Assembly: GCF_009914755.1 (NCBI RefSeq)
Contig: NC_060930.1
Origin: the human T2T-CHM13v2.0 reference genome, Homo sapiens
Direction: 5' to 3' (one strand)
DNA: 64,000 bases
The notes beneath the pieces were generated by a model that saw nothing but the letters and a program-made list of their open reading frames with translations, ran no database searches and was not told where the DNA came from. Positions 1 to 14,128 of the stretch are shown piece by piece (within the stretch, counting starts at the first letter, position 1; each line of letters starts with the position of its first letter). The position numbers were made by a program, and so were the translations under genes.

Positions 1-230
1 AGTGCCCTTATAGGAAGAGGAAGAGACTGGAGAGCTTGCGCTCTCTCTACTGTAAGGAGACAGCAAGAAGGCATCTATGTCTCTGCACGCCAGGAAGAGA
101 GAGCACCAGAACCCAACCACGCTGGCACCTTGATTTTGGACTTCTAGTCTCCAGCACTGTAAGAAGAAAATTTCTGTTGTTTAAACCACCCATTTTATAG
201 TATTTTGTTATGGCAGCCTGAGCTAAGACA
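1..230 (+). mobile_element. ERVL-MaLR LTR 3' part (MLT1A/B-like)
   Basis: Typical MLT1 3' motifs: gctggcaccttgattttggacttc...tttctgttgtttaaaccacc...tatggcagcctgagctaagaca. Confidence 0.8.
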
Positions 231-823
231 GTAAGTAACCTAAAACACTTCCCTAAACACCTCTATAAACTTAACGCAAGTGCCGGTCATGTTTATGACA
301 CTTTGATTGTGTATGGTTGTAGCAATGTGAAAAATGCCAAACTTGTAAAATATGTGAAAAAGATCTGCAAAACGTTCATGCCTCTTTAAACACTTGACTC
401 TTAATATTTGTTTTCAAATTTTTTCTCTTTTAGCAAAAATACACAAAATTAAGTAAAATACTAGGACTAAAAGGAACCCAATTCAATGTGATTCTTCACC
501 CATGCAATCTGGTTACCCTCAGTGCAGAGGTTGAGCTGACATTTGTACCTACTGACAGGATATAATTTGTGACTTTGGGGAACATGGTTGCACACTTTTG
601 AGAATCACTTTTTTAATGCTAATTAGCTTATTTAAATTTTTTTTTTATGGTTTCTTATATGTAAGCCAATATATAGTCCGCATGGTTCTGCTAATAGTCC
701 TTAGAAGCTGGCAATGATGTCCTTCGCAGAGATGGTAGAATCCTCTGTGTGATTCTTTCAGAGTGTGTGATGAGTTACAGGAAAATGGCAGTTTCCAAAA
801 CAGTTCTGCAAACCACTTCATCG

Positions 824-1004
824 TAATCTTCATAATAGTCACCATTTATTTATGCACCAGGGACTGTGTTGAAAACTTTGTAAGCTTTATGTAATTTAAT
901 CTTCCCCTAACCATAATCTTAATGATAATAGTCACCATTTATTTATGCACCAGGGTGTGTTTGAGCACACTGTAAGCTCTATGTAATTGAATCTTCCCCT
1001 AACC
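824..1004. repeat. ~90-bp tandem duplication of a MIR-derived segment
   Basis: taatctt..ataatagtcaccatttatttatgcaccaggg...atcttcccctaacc occurs at 824-912 and again at 914-1004. Confidence 0.9.
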
Positions 1005-1369
1005 CACCACTGGCTGGTCTGACCCTGCTGTGCTCTCTCTCTCCCATGCTATTCTGCCTCTTCTTTGGAGGGGCCCATTGTCAGGCCTGAAGCTGGGTAT
1101 CTGACCAGGTTGTGCCCTGTCCTACACGGGAGTGGGAACTGCTCTGTACCTAGGCGTCTGCCACTGACTCAGAAGTCCAGGTGAGTTGGCTGAGGAGGAA
1201 AGACGCCTGCCAAACAGAGAGCTTTGTGTTTGTGGGAGTTCACTCCGACTTCCTGGTTTGGGGATCAGGCTGATTGGCTTCAATTGAATGTTAAAGCTGA
1301 ATTTTTAAAGCCATGCCTCTTTCACTACAGTGGGGACCTCTATGCCATTCTGCATAGGAGTCTGATAAC

Positions 1370-1600
1370 ATGGGTATTAAGGGCATGGAATTTCTAGGTG
1401 TACTCACTGGCCTCTAATCTGAACCCCACTTTGGCTGTTTGCTTCTACCTCTGGGCATTGGTTCTCTCATCTAGAAAATGAAGGTTAACAATGGTCCTAA
1501 TCTCCTATAGTTGGTCGGAGGGGTAAGTAAAATCATAGATATGAAAAGTTTAGTCCTGTGCCCAGCATATTATCAAATCAATATGTATAAGTTATTATTA
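1370..1600 (+). mobile_element. MIR SINE
   Basis: Core motif ttctctcatctagaaaatgaaggttaacaat and 3' end cctgtgcccagcatat. Confidence 0.7.
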
Positions 1601-1709
1601 ATATTAATATGAGGCCCTTAATAGGTCCAATCATCATGTATTCATATTTAATGGCTTTATCTCTAGACTAAATCACTGTAATCAAATACTTATCTTTTCC
1701 TCCCTCTGG

Positions 1710-2161
1710 GATAGACTGTTGGATGGTCTTCAGTGAGTCATACCTTCCAGTATTGATGTCCTTTTGCAATCCTTCCCCAACCCACACTGACTCTGGGCTT
1801 GGCCAACTGACTGGCTTTGGGCAATGGGACATTGGCAAGTGTGCTGCAGGCAGAGGTGGGTAAGCCCTTGCACACTGGGGCTTGCCCTGTGGAATGCAGA
1901 TGCCATGCAAGAAGAGAAGACTGGGCTAGTCTTGAAGAGAGATCCTAAGACCACATGCAGTAAGAGGCTGGTCATCCCAGCATCCCACTGGAGCCCACCC
2001 CTGAGCCAATTTTTCAGCTGAATGCAACCACATAAGGGACTCCAGTTATGAACAGAACTGCCCAGTCGACCCACAGGATCATGACAAACAATGCATTATT
2101 GTTGTTTTAAGCCACTGACTTTTTGGGGTGGTTTGCTGCGTAGCAGTAGATGGCTGAAACA
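1710..2161 (+). mobile_element. MLT1 (H/F-like) MaLR LTR
   Basis: gactctgggcttggcc...tgttgttttaagccactgactttttggggtggtttgctgcgtagcagtagatggctgaaaca. Confidence 0.75.
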
Positions 2162-2974
2162 CCCTCCATAAAATAGTGTGAGACATAACCTTATACCAAA
2201 ATAAAAATTTAGCACGGATGCTATCATACCAATGGCAAATGAACAGTTGTGGGAAAACAGTAGAGCTTTCAATGAGCTCAAAGTAGCATATCTGCATCAG
2301 GGGCCCATGCCTTGTTGCCAGGAAGTCCATCAGAAGAAACCTAGGGAGTTTTCAGGAGTCCTGGCTGCTGGGAAAGCCAGCACTGCAGCTGTTGGCCTGT
2401 GGAAATGTGAAAAAAAGAAAGAAAGGAAGAAAAAAAAAACCCACAGGCACTCCAACCGCTTCACCACAATAATTGCAACTCTTATTTCTATTTGCCAGCA
2501 AAACTAGTGTTTACAAGAGAAAAACAAGACGAATTATATTTTTAGCAATAAATGTTTTATTTGGAAAATGTCAGTGCCAGTTGCACCCTAATGGTGTTTT
2601 TTTCCAAAACATGTGGTTAGTAAGAAGAGTGGAGTAGGGATTCAGGTTATTTTAAGAGAGCTCTGAGAGCTTGACTAGACAGTATTGAACCGGACTGTAT
2701 TAGAAGGGATATGGGCCTGTTTGCACTGTAGCTGCAGAATATATCTGACATGAAGCATCTCCTTGCTTTGTGGGATGGCTTTGGTACATGCACCAGCACT
2801 GCTGTGTCCCACCGACTCAGCTTCCCTTTCCTGAATTGCTTTTTGTTCATTGCATTAGATGAAATGAATTGAGTGGTTTGGACATTGGAGAAGATTATAG
2901 ATCTTCAAGGAAAAATACATTCAGTACATGATTAGAGGCTAGAATAGATAAAAAATCAATTTGGAATGAGCAGT

Positions 2975-4053
2975 TTTTAAAAAATAAACTTTATATTTTG
3001 GAGCGGTTTTTGGTTCAGAGCAAAACCAAGTGAAATGTACAGAGATCTCCCTCATACTCCCTCCCTCCACATATGCGCAGCCTCTCCTGTCAAAATCCTG
3101 CACCAGAGTGGCACATTTGTGACAACTGATGGACCTACAGTGACACACCAAAGTGCATAGTTTACATTAGGGTTCACTTTTAATGTTGGAAATTCTGTGA
3201 GTTTTGGCAAATGTATCATAACATGTATCCACCATTATAGTATCATACAGAGTAGTGTCACTGCCCTAAAAATTCTTTGTGTGCTGCCTCATCATCCCTC
3301 TCCCCCTCCTACCCCTGACAACCAGTGATCCTTTTACTCTCCACAGTTTTGCCTTTTAAAGAATGTCATGTAGTTGGAATCACACAGTATGTGGCGTTTT
3401 CAGATTGGCTTCTTTCCCTTAGCAATATGCAATTAAGTTTCCTCCGTATCTTTTCACGGTTTGGCTGCTCATTTCTTTTTAAGGCTGAATCATATTCGAT
3501 TGTCTGGATGCACCACCATTTATTTATCCTTTTGCCCATGGTAGGACATTTTAGGTGCTTCCAAAATGAGGCAATTATGAATAAAACTGCTTTAAACATT
3601 TTCGTGCTTTTTGTGTGGACATAGTTTTCAACTCGTGGGTAAATTCAGAAGCATGACTACTGGATCGTATGGTAAGAGTATATTTAGTTTTGTAAGAAAC
3701 TGCCAAACTGTCTCCTAAAGGGACATTTCCACCAACAATGAATGAGAGTTCTTGTTGCTCCACATCCTTGGCAGCATTTGGTGTTGCTTTGGACTTTGAT
3801 CATTCTAATAGGTATGTGTTTGTATCTCATTATTGCTTTAATTTTCAGTTTCCTAATGACATTTGATGTTCAGCATCTTTCTATATGCTTAACTGCCATC
3901 TGTATATCTTCTCTGGCAAAGTGTCTGTTCAGATCTTTTGCTCATTTTAAAATTAGATTGTTCATTTTCTTGTTGTTGACTTTTAAGGGTTCTTTGTATA
4001 TTTTGGATAATGGTCCATTATCAGATATGTCTTCTGCAAATATTTCCTCCCAG
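2975..4053 (-). mobile_element. L1MC1/2-like LINE-1 3' end
   Basis: L1MC-type 3' UTR (cagagtggcacatttgtgacaactgatggacctac). ORF 3366..3599(-) MFKAVLFIIASFWKHLKCP...WWCIQTIEYDSALKRNE is the ORF2p C-terminus. Confidence 0.85.
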
Positions 4054-4369
4054 AACAGTTTTTAAGGTAATAATGTTTGAGAGATTTAAATTAATCTGAG
4101 CATTGTGTAAATAAAAAATAAGTTTAAAAAATAAACAGAAATATATTAGCTATCATGATCAAATGTTTGAGGAAGAATTATTAAATTATTGATGCTTTAA
4201 CAAATCTGTTTTTTTATGTGAGGGAGAGCATATAACAAAATTTCTTTGTGAGTTGCAAAATTGTAGTTAGGAAAATTACCAAAGAATACATGATCTAAAT
4301 AAAGGCTGAGAAATAGGAAAAGTCTGTAAAGAAGGGAACCTGTTGATGTATTCTCATTGTTGTCCTTCT

Positions 4370-4520
4370 ATCTTATTGTGTTATGGTTATTCGTGTTTCT
4401 GTTCCCTTACTAGCCTGTGAGTTCCTAAGATATAGTATCTTCCTAATATTTGAAACTTGGCTGCATCTGGGATGAGACATAGTAGACCCTCAACAAATGT
4501 TTCTTGAATGAATAAATATA
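4370..4520 (+). mobile_element. L2 3' end
   Basis: actagcctgtgagttcc...catagtagaccctcaacaaatgtttcttgaatgaata. Confidence 0.7.
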
Positions 4521-4644
4521 TGGATGGCTGCATACCAGTTTAAAAATATTCTCAAATTTCTATGAAACTGGATTTGTCAGAAACAATCTTAAGTGTTGTT
4601 AGATGACCAGCTCGTGGCACTAACACATTTGGGGCCATATTATG

Positions 4645-4887
4645 TAGTAGTCCATCCAGTAGCTTGGGCTTTGGAATCAGAGAGATTTAGCCCTAAGTCC
4701 TGGTTCACCATTGTCAAGCCGTGTGATCTTGGCCAAAGTAGCTTTCTAAATCTCCTGTTTATCAGCAGTAAAATGGGAGCAAAAGTAATGCCTGTCTCAT
4801 GGGGTACAGTAGCTGTAAGGGTTAAATAAGAATGCAAGTGAAAACTGCTTGGCTATGGTAGGGTTCAACAAATGTTTGCCATTATTA
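4645..4887 (+). mobile_element. MIR SINE
   Basis: gggctttggaatcagagag...tgtgatcttggcc...gtaaaatggg...gggttaaataaga. Confidence 0.75.
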
Positions 4888-5905
4888 CATCAAACAAATG
4901 CACGAACGATAAAGTCGTGTTTGCATAAAGCAAGGGAGGAATGCCAGTTCTCCCTGGTAGAGGCAGACTAACCCTTGGAATCTAGAGGCACGATTAGAGT
5001 AAGACTATGGTGCTAAGAGACAGGAGTGAGCTATGCCTTTGTCCAGGTGCACTGGGCTAGTGTATCTTTCTGCTGATATTCTTTCTCTGTACTGTGGCTG
5101 ACCTTTGACCAAGGACGCTTGCTCTTAAGGGTTCCTGGTGGGACAGGCATATTTTGAGCATACCCAGGGTAGGGTGGGTAAAGGGCCAAGACTGTGGGTT
5201 GGCTTCAATCCCAGATGGCCACCTGTTATAGACCCTACACCAGGCTTCAGTGGAACCTGAATCACCAACTCCTGGGATTTGAATTGATTCAAATCAGTGA
5301 TCCATCTCTTAGTTTGCTAGCTACAGCCATAGAACCCACACACTAAGAAGACATTGTTGCTTACATGATTCAATCCTGCTCCAAGTTTGCTCTATGATCT
5401 AATATGGAAGAGAGTGCTAAGGCTGACAAGATGTTAACTATGAGTTATTAAAGTTTTTCAGGGAAGTCAAAACATGGACTCTTGCTGCCATTAGGAATTG
5501 ATGTGCACCTCATAATATTAAAAGACTTCACTAAAGAGATATCAGGAGCAGATGGATTGTGAGGGCAGATAAATAAACTATCTCATCTTCAGTAAATGCG
5601 ACCCATGAAAGTGAGGCTGCTTGAGTGGAAAAGAATTGTCATATGGCCTAGATGAGGTTTTGTTCTAGGCATGGTCTTCTCAGAATGTTTTATCTAATTA
5701 TGAGTCTCAAGGACAGAGACATCTACCACATTCAAAGAATGACAGCTCGGTTCTCACAACTCCTCATGACCAGTCATTTCCTTTTGTAAAACTCGCTTGG
5801 AAAACACAGCAAGTTCTTCTATCTGATGCTTAGTCTGGGTGCCACTGACAGCAAATTACAAACCATAGTGTAATGTGTACTTTGATACATCTGGACAATT
5901 ACTGA

Positions 5906-5990
5906 ATATATATATATATATATATATGGGTTTCTTGCCTATATATATATATATGTGGGTTTCTTGTCGATCTATCTATATCTATATCTG

Positions 5991-6040
<50 letters not shown>

Positions 6041-6052
6041 CATCTATCTATC
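5906..6052. repeat. Compound (AT)n / (TCTA)n microsatellite
   Basis: Two (AT)n-gggtttcttg units followed by about 12 TCTA repeats. Confidence 0.95.
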
Positions 6053-6078
6053 CTCACTGAACCCTCTCTTATTATTGA

Positions 6079-6764
<686 letters not shown>

Positions 6765-7148
6765 TAGACCATAGGGAGAAAGAAGAGAATTGCTACCACT
6801 TCAATTTAAAACACACATGCACATGCACACACACACACATACACACATACACTTCATGAAAATAATATATGAATAGGTTCTTCTTCTGAATATTAACAAA
6901 AAATGAGGTAAAGTGAAATCACTAGCCCTATTCAATTTCCCGTCCATGTGAGAAAATCAGTTTCTCTACTAACAATTGATATCAAACATCAACAGTTAAA
7001 TGTTTCACTCAGGCTGCTGTGGAGCCCTGGAGCTGAAGTCTCCTCTCAGAGGAGTCCTATATCTCGCAGGAATGGATCCATATAAATAGCCTTGCTGTGT
7101 TTAGTCACTGGCTTGAAGCAGCCCCTGGGCAGCATGGCCTTGGGGTGA

Positions 7149-7640
<492 letters not shown>

Positions 7641-7702
7641 TGAGTGGTGCATTTTTATGGCCACCACTTGTGTTCATTGATCATTGTATTTCTTCTGTAG
7701 GA

Positions 7703-7887
7703 CAGGAGTTGGCAAACTTCTGTAAAGTAACAGTAAGTATTTTAGGCTTTACAGGTCTGTCACAACTACTCAGCTCTGCTCTTGTAGCAGTAAAGCAGCC
7801 ATCGGCTGTATGCAGATGACCGAGAGTGTGTTCCAATCTTCACAAAAGCAGGCAATAGCCAACTATGCTGTTGTTTCCTGACCCCAG
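7703..7887 (+). mobile_element. MER58A (hAT-Charlie DNA transposon)
   Basis: caggagttggcaaacttctgtaaag...tattttaggcttt...tcacaactactcagctctg...aaagcagccat...gacccc. Confidence 0.85.
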
Positions 7888-8496
7888 GACTAGAAAATGT
7901 CTGTTTATAGCACCTGTCTCTTGAAAATTTTGTAGAATTTACCTATAAAACTATTTGGACCCTGTGCCTTTTTTTAAGGAGCTAGACTTTGACTAATTTT
8001 CTAACTTATTCTATGGTTAACTGGTATATTTAAGTTTATTTATTCTTGTGCTAATATTGAAATTCATATTGTTTTTAGAAATTCAACCATATTACATAGA
8101 TTTTATGTTTCTTGCTACCAATTTTTACCTGGTCTACCCTTATTTTCAAAATCTCTGTATTTTTCATATTTTTAAATCATACATTTTAAAAGTTGATGTT
8201 TTATTTTGGATGATGTGTGTAATTTTTTAAAAAGCCTCTATTATGAATAAGTATAAATCAAAATAAATATATAGAACTCAAGGTTATATCAATTCATATG
8301 TCTAAATCTTGATGTTCTGTGAATGAGGAAAAGCAATACCAGCTATGATGACATGTGATCAATTCACAATAGTTAGTCGTATTTGTGAATATTTTTCTTT
8401 TTAAAAGCCACACATAAATAAATCATTTATTGAGTCAAAATATCCTTCTGCCATCTGGATTCATGTTTGTTGTTGTTTAGATTACTGGGGTTACTT

Positions 8497-8735
8497 ATAG
8501 TGGCTAAGCATATAGATTCTGGAGCTAGAGGGCTTGTATGTCAATCTTGACTCCCACACATACTAGCATTGTAAACTAGAGTAAATTAACTAAGTGCTCT
8601 GCCCCATGTCCTTATTTGGAAAATGGAGCCAATAATAGTACCTACTGTGCAATATTATGAAAATTAAATGAGTTAATATAAGTGAAGAACTTACAATGGT
8701 GTCTGATGCACGTAAGTGCTACCAATTGTTAATGT
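8497..8735 (+). mobile_element. MIR SINE
   Basis: agtggctaagcatatagattctggagc...aaaatggagccaataatagtacctact...attaaatgagttaata. Confidence 0.8.
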
Positions 8736-9066
8736 AAGTATTCTTAGTGTCATGTGCTTATGTGCTTGATTTGTTCTGCAGCTCTGGTTGTAAAGGTTTT
8801 ACTCTTTATGCTTTGGTTTTCTTGAGTCTGTCTTTGATGAATTTTTTATAATCACTTTACTTTTTGTAAGATTCTTTTGTGAAGTTCAGAAAATGATGGC
8901 TCATGACTGTGTCAACACCAGAGATTACTGTGATATCTGTTGCTTCACCTCAGAATCTTGGGAGAAGCAGGCTCAACAATGAGGGAATCATCCATGACAC
9001 CCACTGTCCCAATGACCATCTTTGCCTCCACCTGTTTGTGCCCTTTCACAATCATCAAGATATTGT

Positions 9067-9602
9067 GATCTTGATTTCGATTCTTTTGGATACATATCCT
9101 GAAGTGGGAAGGCTGGGTTACATGGTAATAAGAGATATCAGCACTTCCATGTTTATAGCAGCACTATTCACAGTGGCCAAGATATGAAATACGGTATATG
9201 CATACAATGGAGTATTATGCAGCCCTGAAAAAGAAGGATATTCTGCTTCTTCTATCATATGGCATGACATTGATGGACCTTTAGGACATTATCCTAAATG
9301 AAATAAGCCGGTCAAAGAAAGACAAATACTGCATGATTCCACTTATATAAGATATCTGAAATAGTCACATTCATAGAATCAAAGAGAGAAATGGTGGTTT
9401 TCAGGGGCTGGAGGCAAAGGGAAACAGGGGAGTTACTAAGAAATGGGCATAATGTTCCAGTTAAACAAGTTGAATAAGCTCAGAGATTTGATATACAACA
9501 TTCTACCTAGAGGTGACAATGTACGGTGCACTTAAAAATTTGTTAAGGGGGTAGATCTCATGTTAAATGTTCTTACCACATTAAGAGAAAACAAACAAAC
9601 AA
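9067..9602 (+). mobile_element. 5'-truncated L1MB1/2-like element with inverted 5' segment (9067-9129)
   Basis: Sense L1MB 3' end from 9130 to the A-rich tail; the preceding 63 nt are the antisense of the adjacent consensus; TSD aagata(t/c)tgt. Confidence 0.85.
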
Positions 9603-10217
9603 AAGATACTGTAGTGTTGGAGAATTCTCACAATGGCTGAACTGGTCTCCACTGAGCCTGGTGGCAAAAGCAGACGGGGGAGGCTCCTCTCTCAGATCAG
9701 TTTTGTAGAGTTGAGGGAGGGGCACCTTGAATGAACATAATACTTGGAGAGAGTGTTGCAGTTAGAGGACAGAAAACAAAAGCACATCATCAAGAGTGCC
9801 TCCTGCTATGTTTATGCCTATTTTACTGTCCTTTTCAAAGAAAAGCTTTAAGTTTAATTGATCAACAATTTTTGAATTTTTCTTTTAGTTGTGTTTTCAA
9901 ATTTATTGATTTCTGCATTTCTATTTATTTGTTCCTTTGTTATGCTTTTTTGGGGGGGGAGGCTTATTTTGTTGTTCTTTAATTTCTTGAGTTGAAAGTT
10001 TATCTCATTTATTTTTAGTCTTTTTGGTTTTTAATGAATATATTTAAGCCTCTGAATTTTTTCTCTGAATACTGCTTTAGTGGTATTGCACTAGTTTTTT
10101 TTTAACCCCTTGTTCTTGGTTTATTAACAGCCTTTTCAGCATAATTCAATGCTTATAACACTGTCTACATATTGTTTTTAAAATGGTTTTGAAGATTAGT
10201 TTTTTTAAAACTAATTT

Positions 10218-10543
10218 CTTTCTTTTATTTATTTATTTTTGAGACAGGGTCTTGCTGCATTGCCTAGGCTGGAGTCCAGTGGCGTGATCATGGCTCACTG
10301 CAGCTTTGACTCCCTGGCCTCAGGTGATTCTCCCATCTCAGCCTCCAGAGTAGCTGGGACTACAGAAATGTGCCACTACACCTGGCTAATTTTTATATTT
10401 TTGTATTTTTGTTGTTGTTGTTGTTGTAGAGATGAGGTTTCACCATGTTGCCCAGGCTGATCTCGAACTCCTGTGCTTAAGCCATCCACATACCTTGGCC
10501 TCCCAAAGTGCTGGTATTACAGGTGTCAGCTACCATACCTGGC
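10218..10543 (-). mobile_element. AluJ
   Basis: J-type gatcatggctcactgcagc; TSD aaaactaattt. Confidence 0.9.
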
Positions 10544-10559
10544 TAAAAACTAATTTAAA

Positions 10560-12210
10560 ACAACGTCATTATGGAAATACAATTTACACTGCTTACAGCT
10601 CACTAATTAAAAGTGTGCATTTTCATGTTCTTAAAAGTATATTCAAAAAGTTTGTGACCATCAACACAATTTCATTTTAGAATGCTTTTGTCTTTTCTAA
10701 AAGAAACCCATCCTTTTCCTCCCACAACTTTCCCTACCTTTAAGCCACCAGTAATCTACTTTTTGTCTTTATGTATTTGCCTATTCTAGAAATTTCATAT
10801 AAATGGAATCATATAATATGTCGCCTTTTGTGACTGGCTGCTTTCACTTAGCATAACTTTTTTGAAGTTCATCCATATTGTAGTGCTTCAGTCCTTGTTA
10901 TGGGGGAATAATATTCCATTGTATGGATATACTACATTTAAAAAATCTATTTGTTATTGGTAAACATTAGAGCTGTTTCTACTTTTTGGTTATTATGAGT
11001 AATGCTGCTAAAAACATTGTATACAAGTTCTTGTGTGAATGTGTGCTTTTATTTGTCTTGTTGATATACCTAGGAGTGGAATTGTTAGGTCACATAGTAA
11101 TGCTATGTTTACCTTTTGAGACATTGCAAAACTTTTTTCCAAAGCAGCTGCACCATTATAAATTCCCACCAGCAATGCATGAGGATTCAATTTCTCCACA
11201 TTGTTGTCAACACTTGTTACTGTCTGGAGCCAGCCTAGTGGGTGTGAAGTGGTATTTCATTGTGGTTCTGATTTGCATGTCTCTAATAACTAATAATGTT
11301 GAGCGTATTTTCATGTGCTCACTGGCCATTTGTACATCTTCTTTGGAAATATATCTATTCACCCCTTTTGCCCATTTTAAATGTTGTATTATTTTTCTTT
11401 TTATTATTGCATTGTAAGAGCTCTTTAGATCTTCTAGATGCAAATCTTTTATCAGATATATGATTTGCAAATATTTTCTACTGTTCTGTGTGTTGTCTTT
11501 CATTTTTAAATAATATTCTGTGAAGCCAAAAGTTTTAATTTTGATGAAGTCTAAATTATCATTATTCTTTGTTTTGTTGTTTGTACTTTTGGTGTCATAG
11601 CTAAGAAATAATTGCCTAATCCAATGTCATGAAGATTTATGTCTTTCTTTCTTTTTCTTTCCTTCTTTCTCTTTTTCTTTCTTTCTCTTTCTTTCTTTCT
11701 TTCTCTTTCCCCTTCCTTCCTTCCTTCCTTCCTTCCTTCCTTCCTTCCTTCCTTCCTTCCTTCCTTCCTATCTCGCGCTCTCTTTCTTTCTCTCTCTGTC
11801 TCTCTCTTTTTTTTAGGCAAGGTCTTATTATGTTGCCCAGGTGGGTCATAAACTCCTGGGTTCAAAAGTGATACTTTCATCTCAGCCTCCTGAGTAGCTG
11901 GGACTACAGGCATATGACACTGTGCCTGGATTAAGAGTTTTATAATTTTAGCTTTTGCCCTTAGGTCTTTGATCTGTTTTGAGTTAAAATTTGTATAGCG
12001 TGAGGTAGGTGTCCAACTTCTTTCTTTTGCATGTGGCTATCTAGTTGCTCCAGCACCATTTGTTGAAAAGGCTCTCTTTCTCCCTTGAATTTTCTTGTTG
12101 CCCTTGTCGATGTCAGTTGACTATAAATTCCTGAGTTTATTTCTGAATTCTCAATTCCACTCCACTGATCTAAGTTTATTCTTATTCTAGTAGTCACCAT
12201 TATTTTGATC
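10560..12210 (-). mobile_element. L1MB-type LINE-1 3' portion
   Basis: ORF2 C-terminal remnants (KWAKGVNRYISKEDVQMASEHMK...; DQWSGIENSEIN) and an L1MB 3' UTR. Confidence 0.85.
11642..11929 (-). mobile_element. FLAM/FAM Alu monomer with (CTTT)/(CCTT)n expanded tail, inserted in the L1MB
   Basis: Monomer at 11812-11929 and microsatellite at 11642-11811. Confidence 0.8.
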
Positions 12211-12358
12211 TTCTTTCTGTGTCTCAGATTTTTTCCCCCTGTAGAACATCTCCAGTAATGGTTTACATAAGTTTGTGATTAGTGATGTTATAGTGTGATA
12301 ATGTGTTTATTTGCTCTTACACTTTGGCTGAGCTTAGAAATATTTGTATTTTGACCTT

Positions 12359-12763
12359 TGATACGGTTTGGATATTTGTCTCCTCCAAATCTCATGTTGA
12401 AATGTAATCACTAATGTTGGAGGTTGGGCCTAATGCAAGGTATTTGGGTCATGGGGGTGGATCCCTCATGGCTTGGTGCTGTCCTTGGGATAGTGAATGA
12501 GTTCTCATGAGATCTGGTTGTTTAAAAGTGAGCGGTACCTCCTTCCTCTCTCTCTTGCTCCTGCTCTGCCAAGTGATGTGCCTGCTTCCGCTTTACCTTC
12601 CACCATGAGTAAAAGCTTCCTGAGGCCTCACCAGAAGCTTAGCAGATGCAGGTGCCATGATTCCTGTATAGCCTGCAGAACTGTAAGCCAATTAAACCTC
12701 TCTTCTTGATAAATTACCCAGCCTCATATATGTTTTATAGCAATGGAAGAATGGCCGAATACA
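12359..12763 (+). mobile_element. MSTA-type solo LTR
   Basis: TG...CA termini (tgatacggtttgg ... gccgaataca) with 5-bp TSD ACCTT. Confidence 0.92.
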
Positions 12764-13199
12764 ACCTTTGAGATGTCTGTTTCACTGTCATCTTTGCTTC
12801 AGAGTTACTGAAGAAAAGTCTGATGATCTCATTCTGTTTTCTTAGTTGATAATTGGTTTTTATTTTATCTCTTTCTCTGCAAGACTTTCAGATTTTCTCT
12901 TTATATTTAGCGTTCTGAAATTTTTACAGTACTGTTTTGCGTGATTCATTTTTTATTCATCTTTTGTCTTTTCAATCTGAGGATTTTTGTTTGTTCTGGA
13001 GTATTTCTTTATTATTGCTTTGAGTACTGCCTTTCTTCCATTCTATTCTTTCCTTCAGGCACTCATATTTTCAAATATTAGAATTTTTGGATCTGGTCTA
13101 AAAAGGAAATAAAAAAATCTATAATCAGACTAGAATAGAAGGGGTACCCTTGACAGTCCAAGAAATAAGAGAAAGCCCTGACATGCCAAACAGATGTTA

Positions 13200-13578
<379 letters not shown>

Positions 13579-14128
13579 CTAGGTTCCAGATCTTGACATC
13601 TTCCCACTGTCTTACTGCTCTGCATCATGTTAGCTTAGAAAGTTACTCAACCTCTTTGATCTTTGGATTCATGATCTAAAAATGGAGTGTTGGGGGGCGT
13701 GGTTAAAGTGATAATTTTGAATAAGTCTTCAAACCCAACATGTCATGAGCCTTCCTTGAACTGCATCTTCATTTATAGATTAAACGTTTTGATAAATTCA
13801 CTATGGGCTCTTAACTGTATTATTAAAATTGTGGTGACAACCAGCTGTTATTTTATGGTAGAACATAAGTATCTCTTTTCATTGCCATTCTTCACTAAAA
13901 GGATACTTTGTCCCCCTTTTTCTTTTTCCATAGGTTATTGGGGTACAGGTGGTGTTTGGTTATATGAGTAAGTTCTTTAGTGGTGATTTGTGAGATTTTG
14001 GTCCACCCATCACCTGAGCAGTATACACTGCACCCTATTTGCAGTATTTTATTCCTTGCCCCCTCCAACCCTTCCCTCCAAATCCCCAAACTCCTTTGTA
14101 TCATTTTATGCCTTTGCATCCTCATAGC

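Larger units (their letters stand above)
7900..13100 (-). mobile_element. Highly diverged L1M(E) remnants (about 7900-8160, 9830-10200, 12770-13100) broken up by younger insertions
   Basis: T-rich segments resembling antisense ORF2 (tgtagaatttacctataaaactatttggaccc) and ORF1 (gaagaaaagtctgatg...gattttctctttatattt). Confidence 0.55.

Noticed and set aside
300-520. Possible hAT-type terminus atctggttaccct
   Set aside because: I found no matching opposite terminus, so it is too weak to call.
1016-1025. ggtctgacc palindrome as an estrogen response element
   Set aside because: It lacks the 3-bp spacer and complete half sites.
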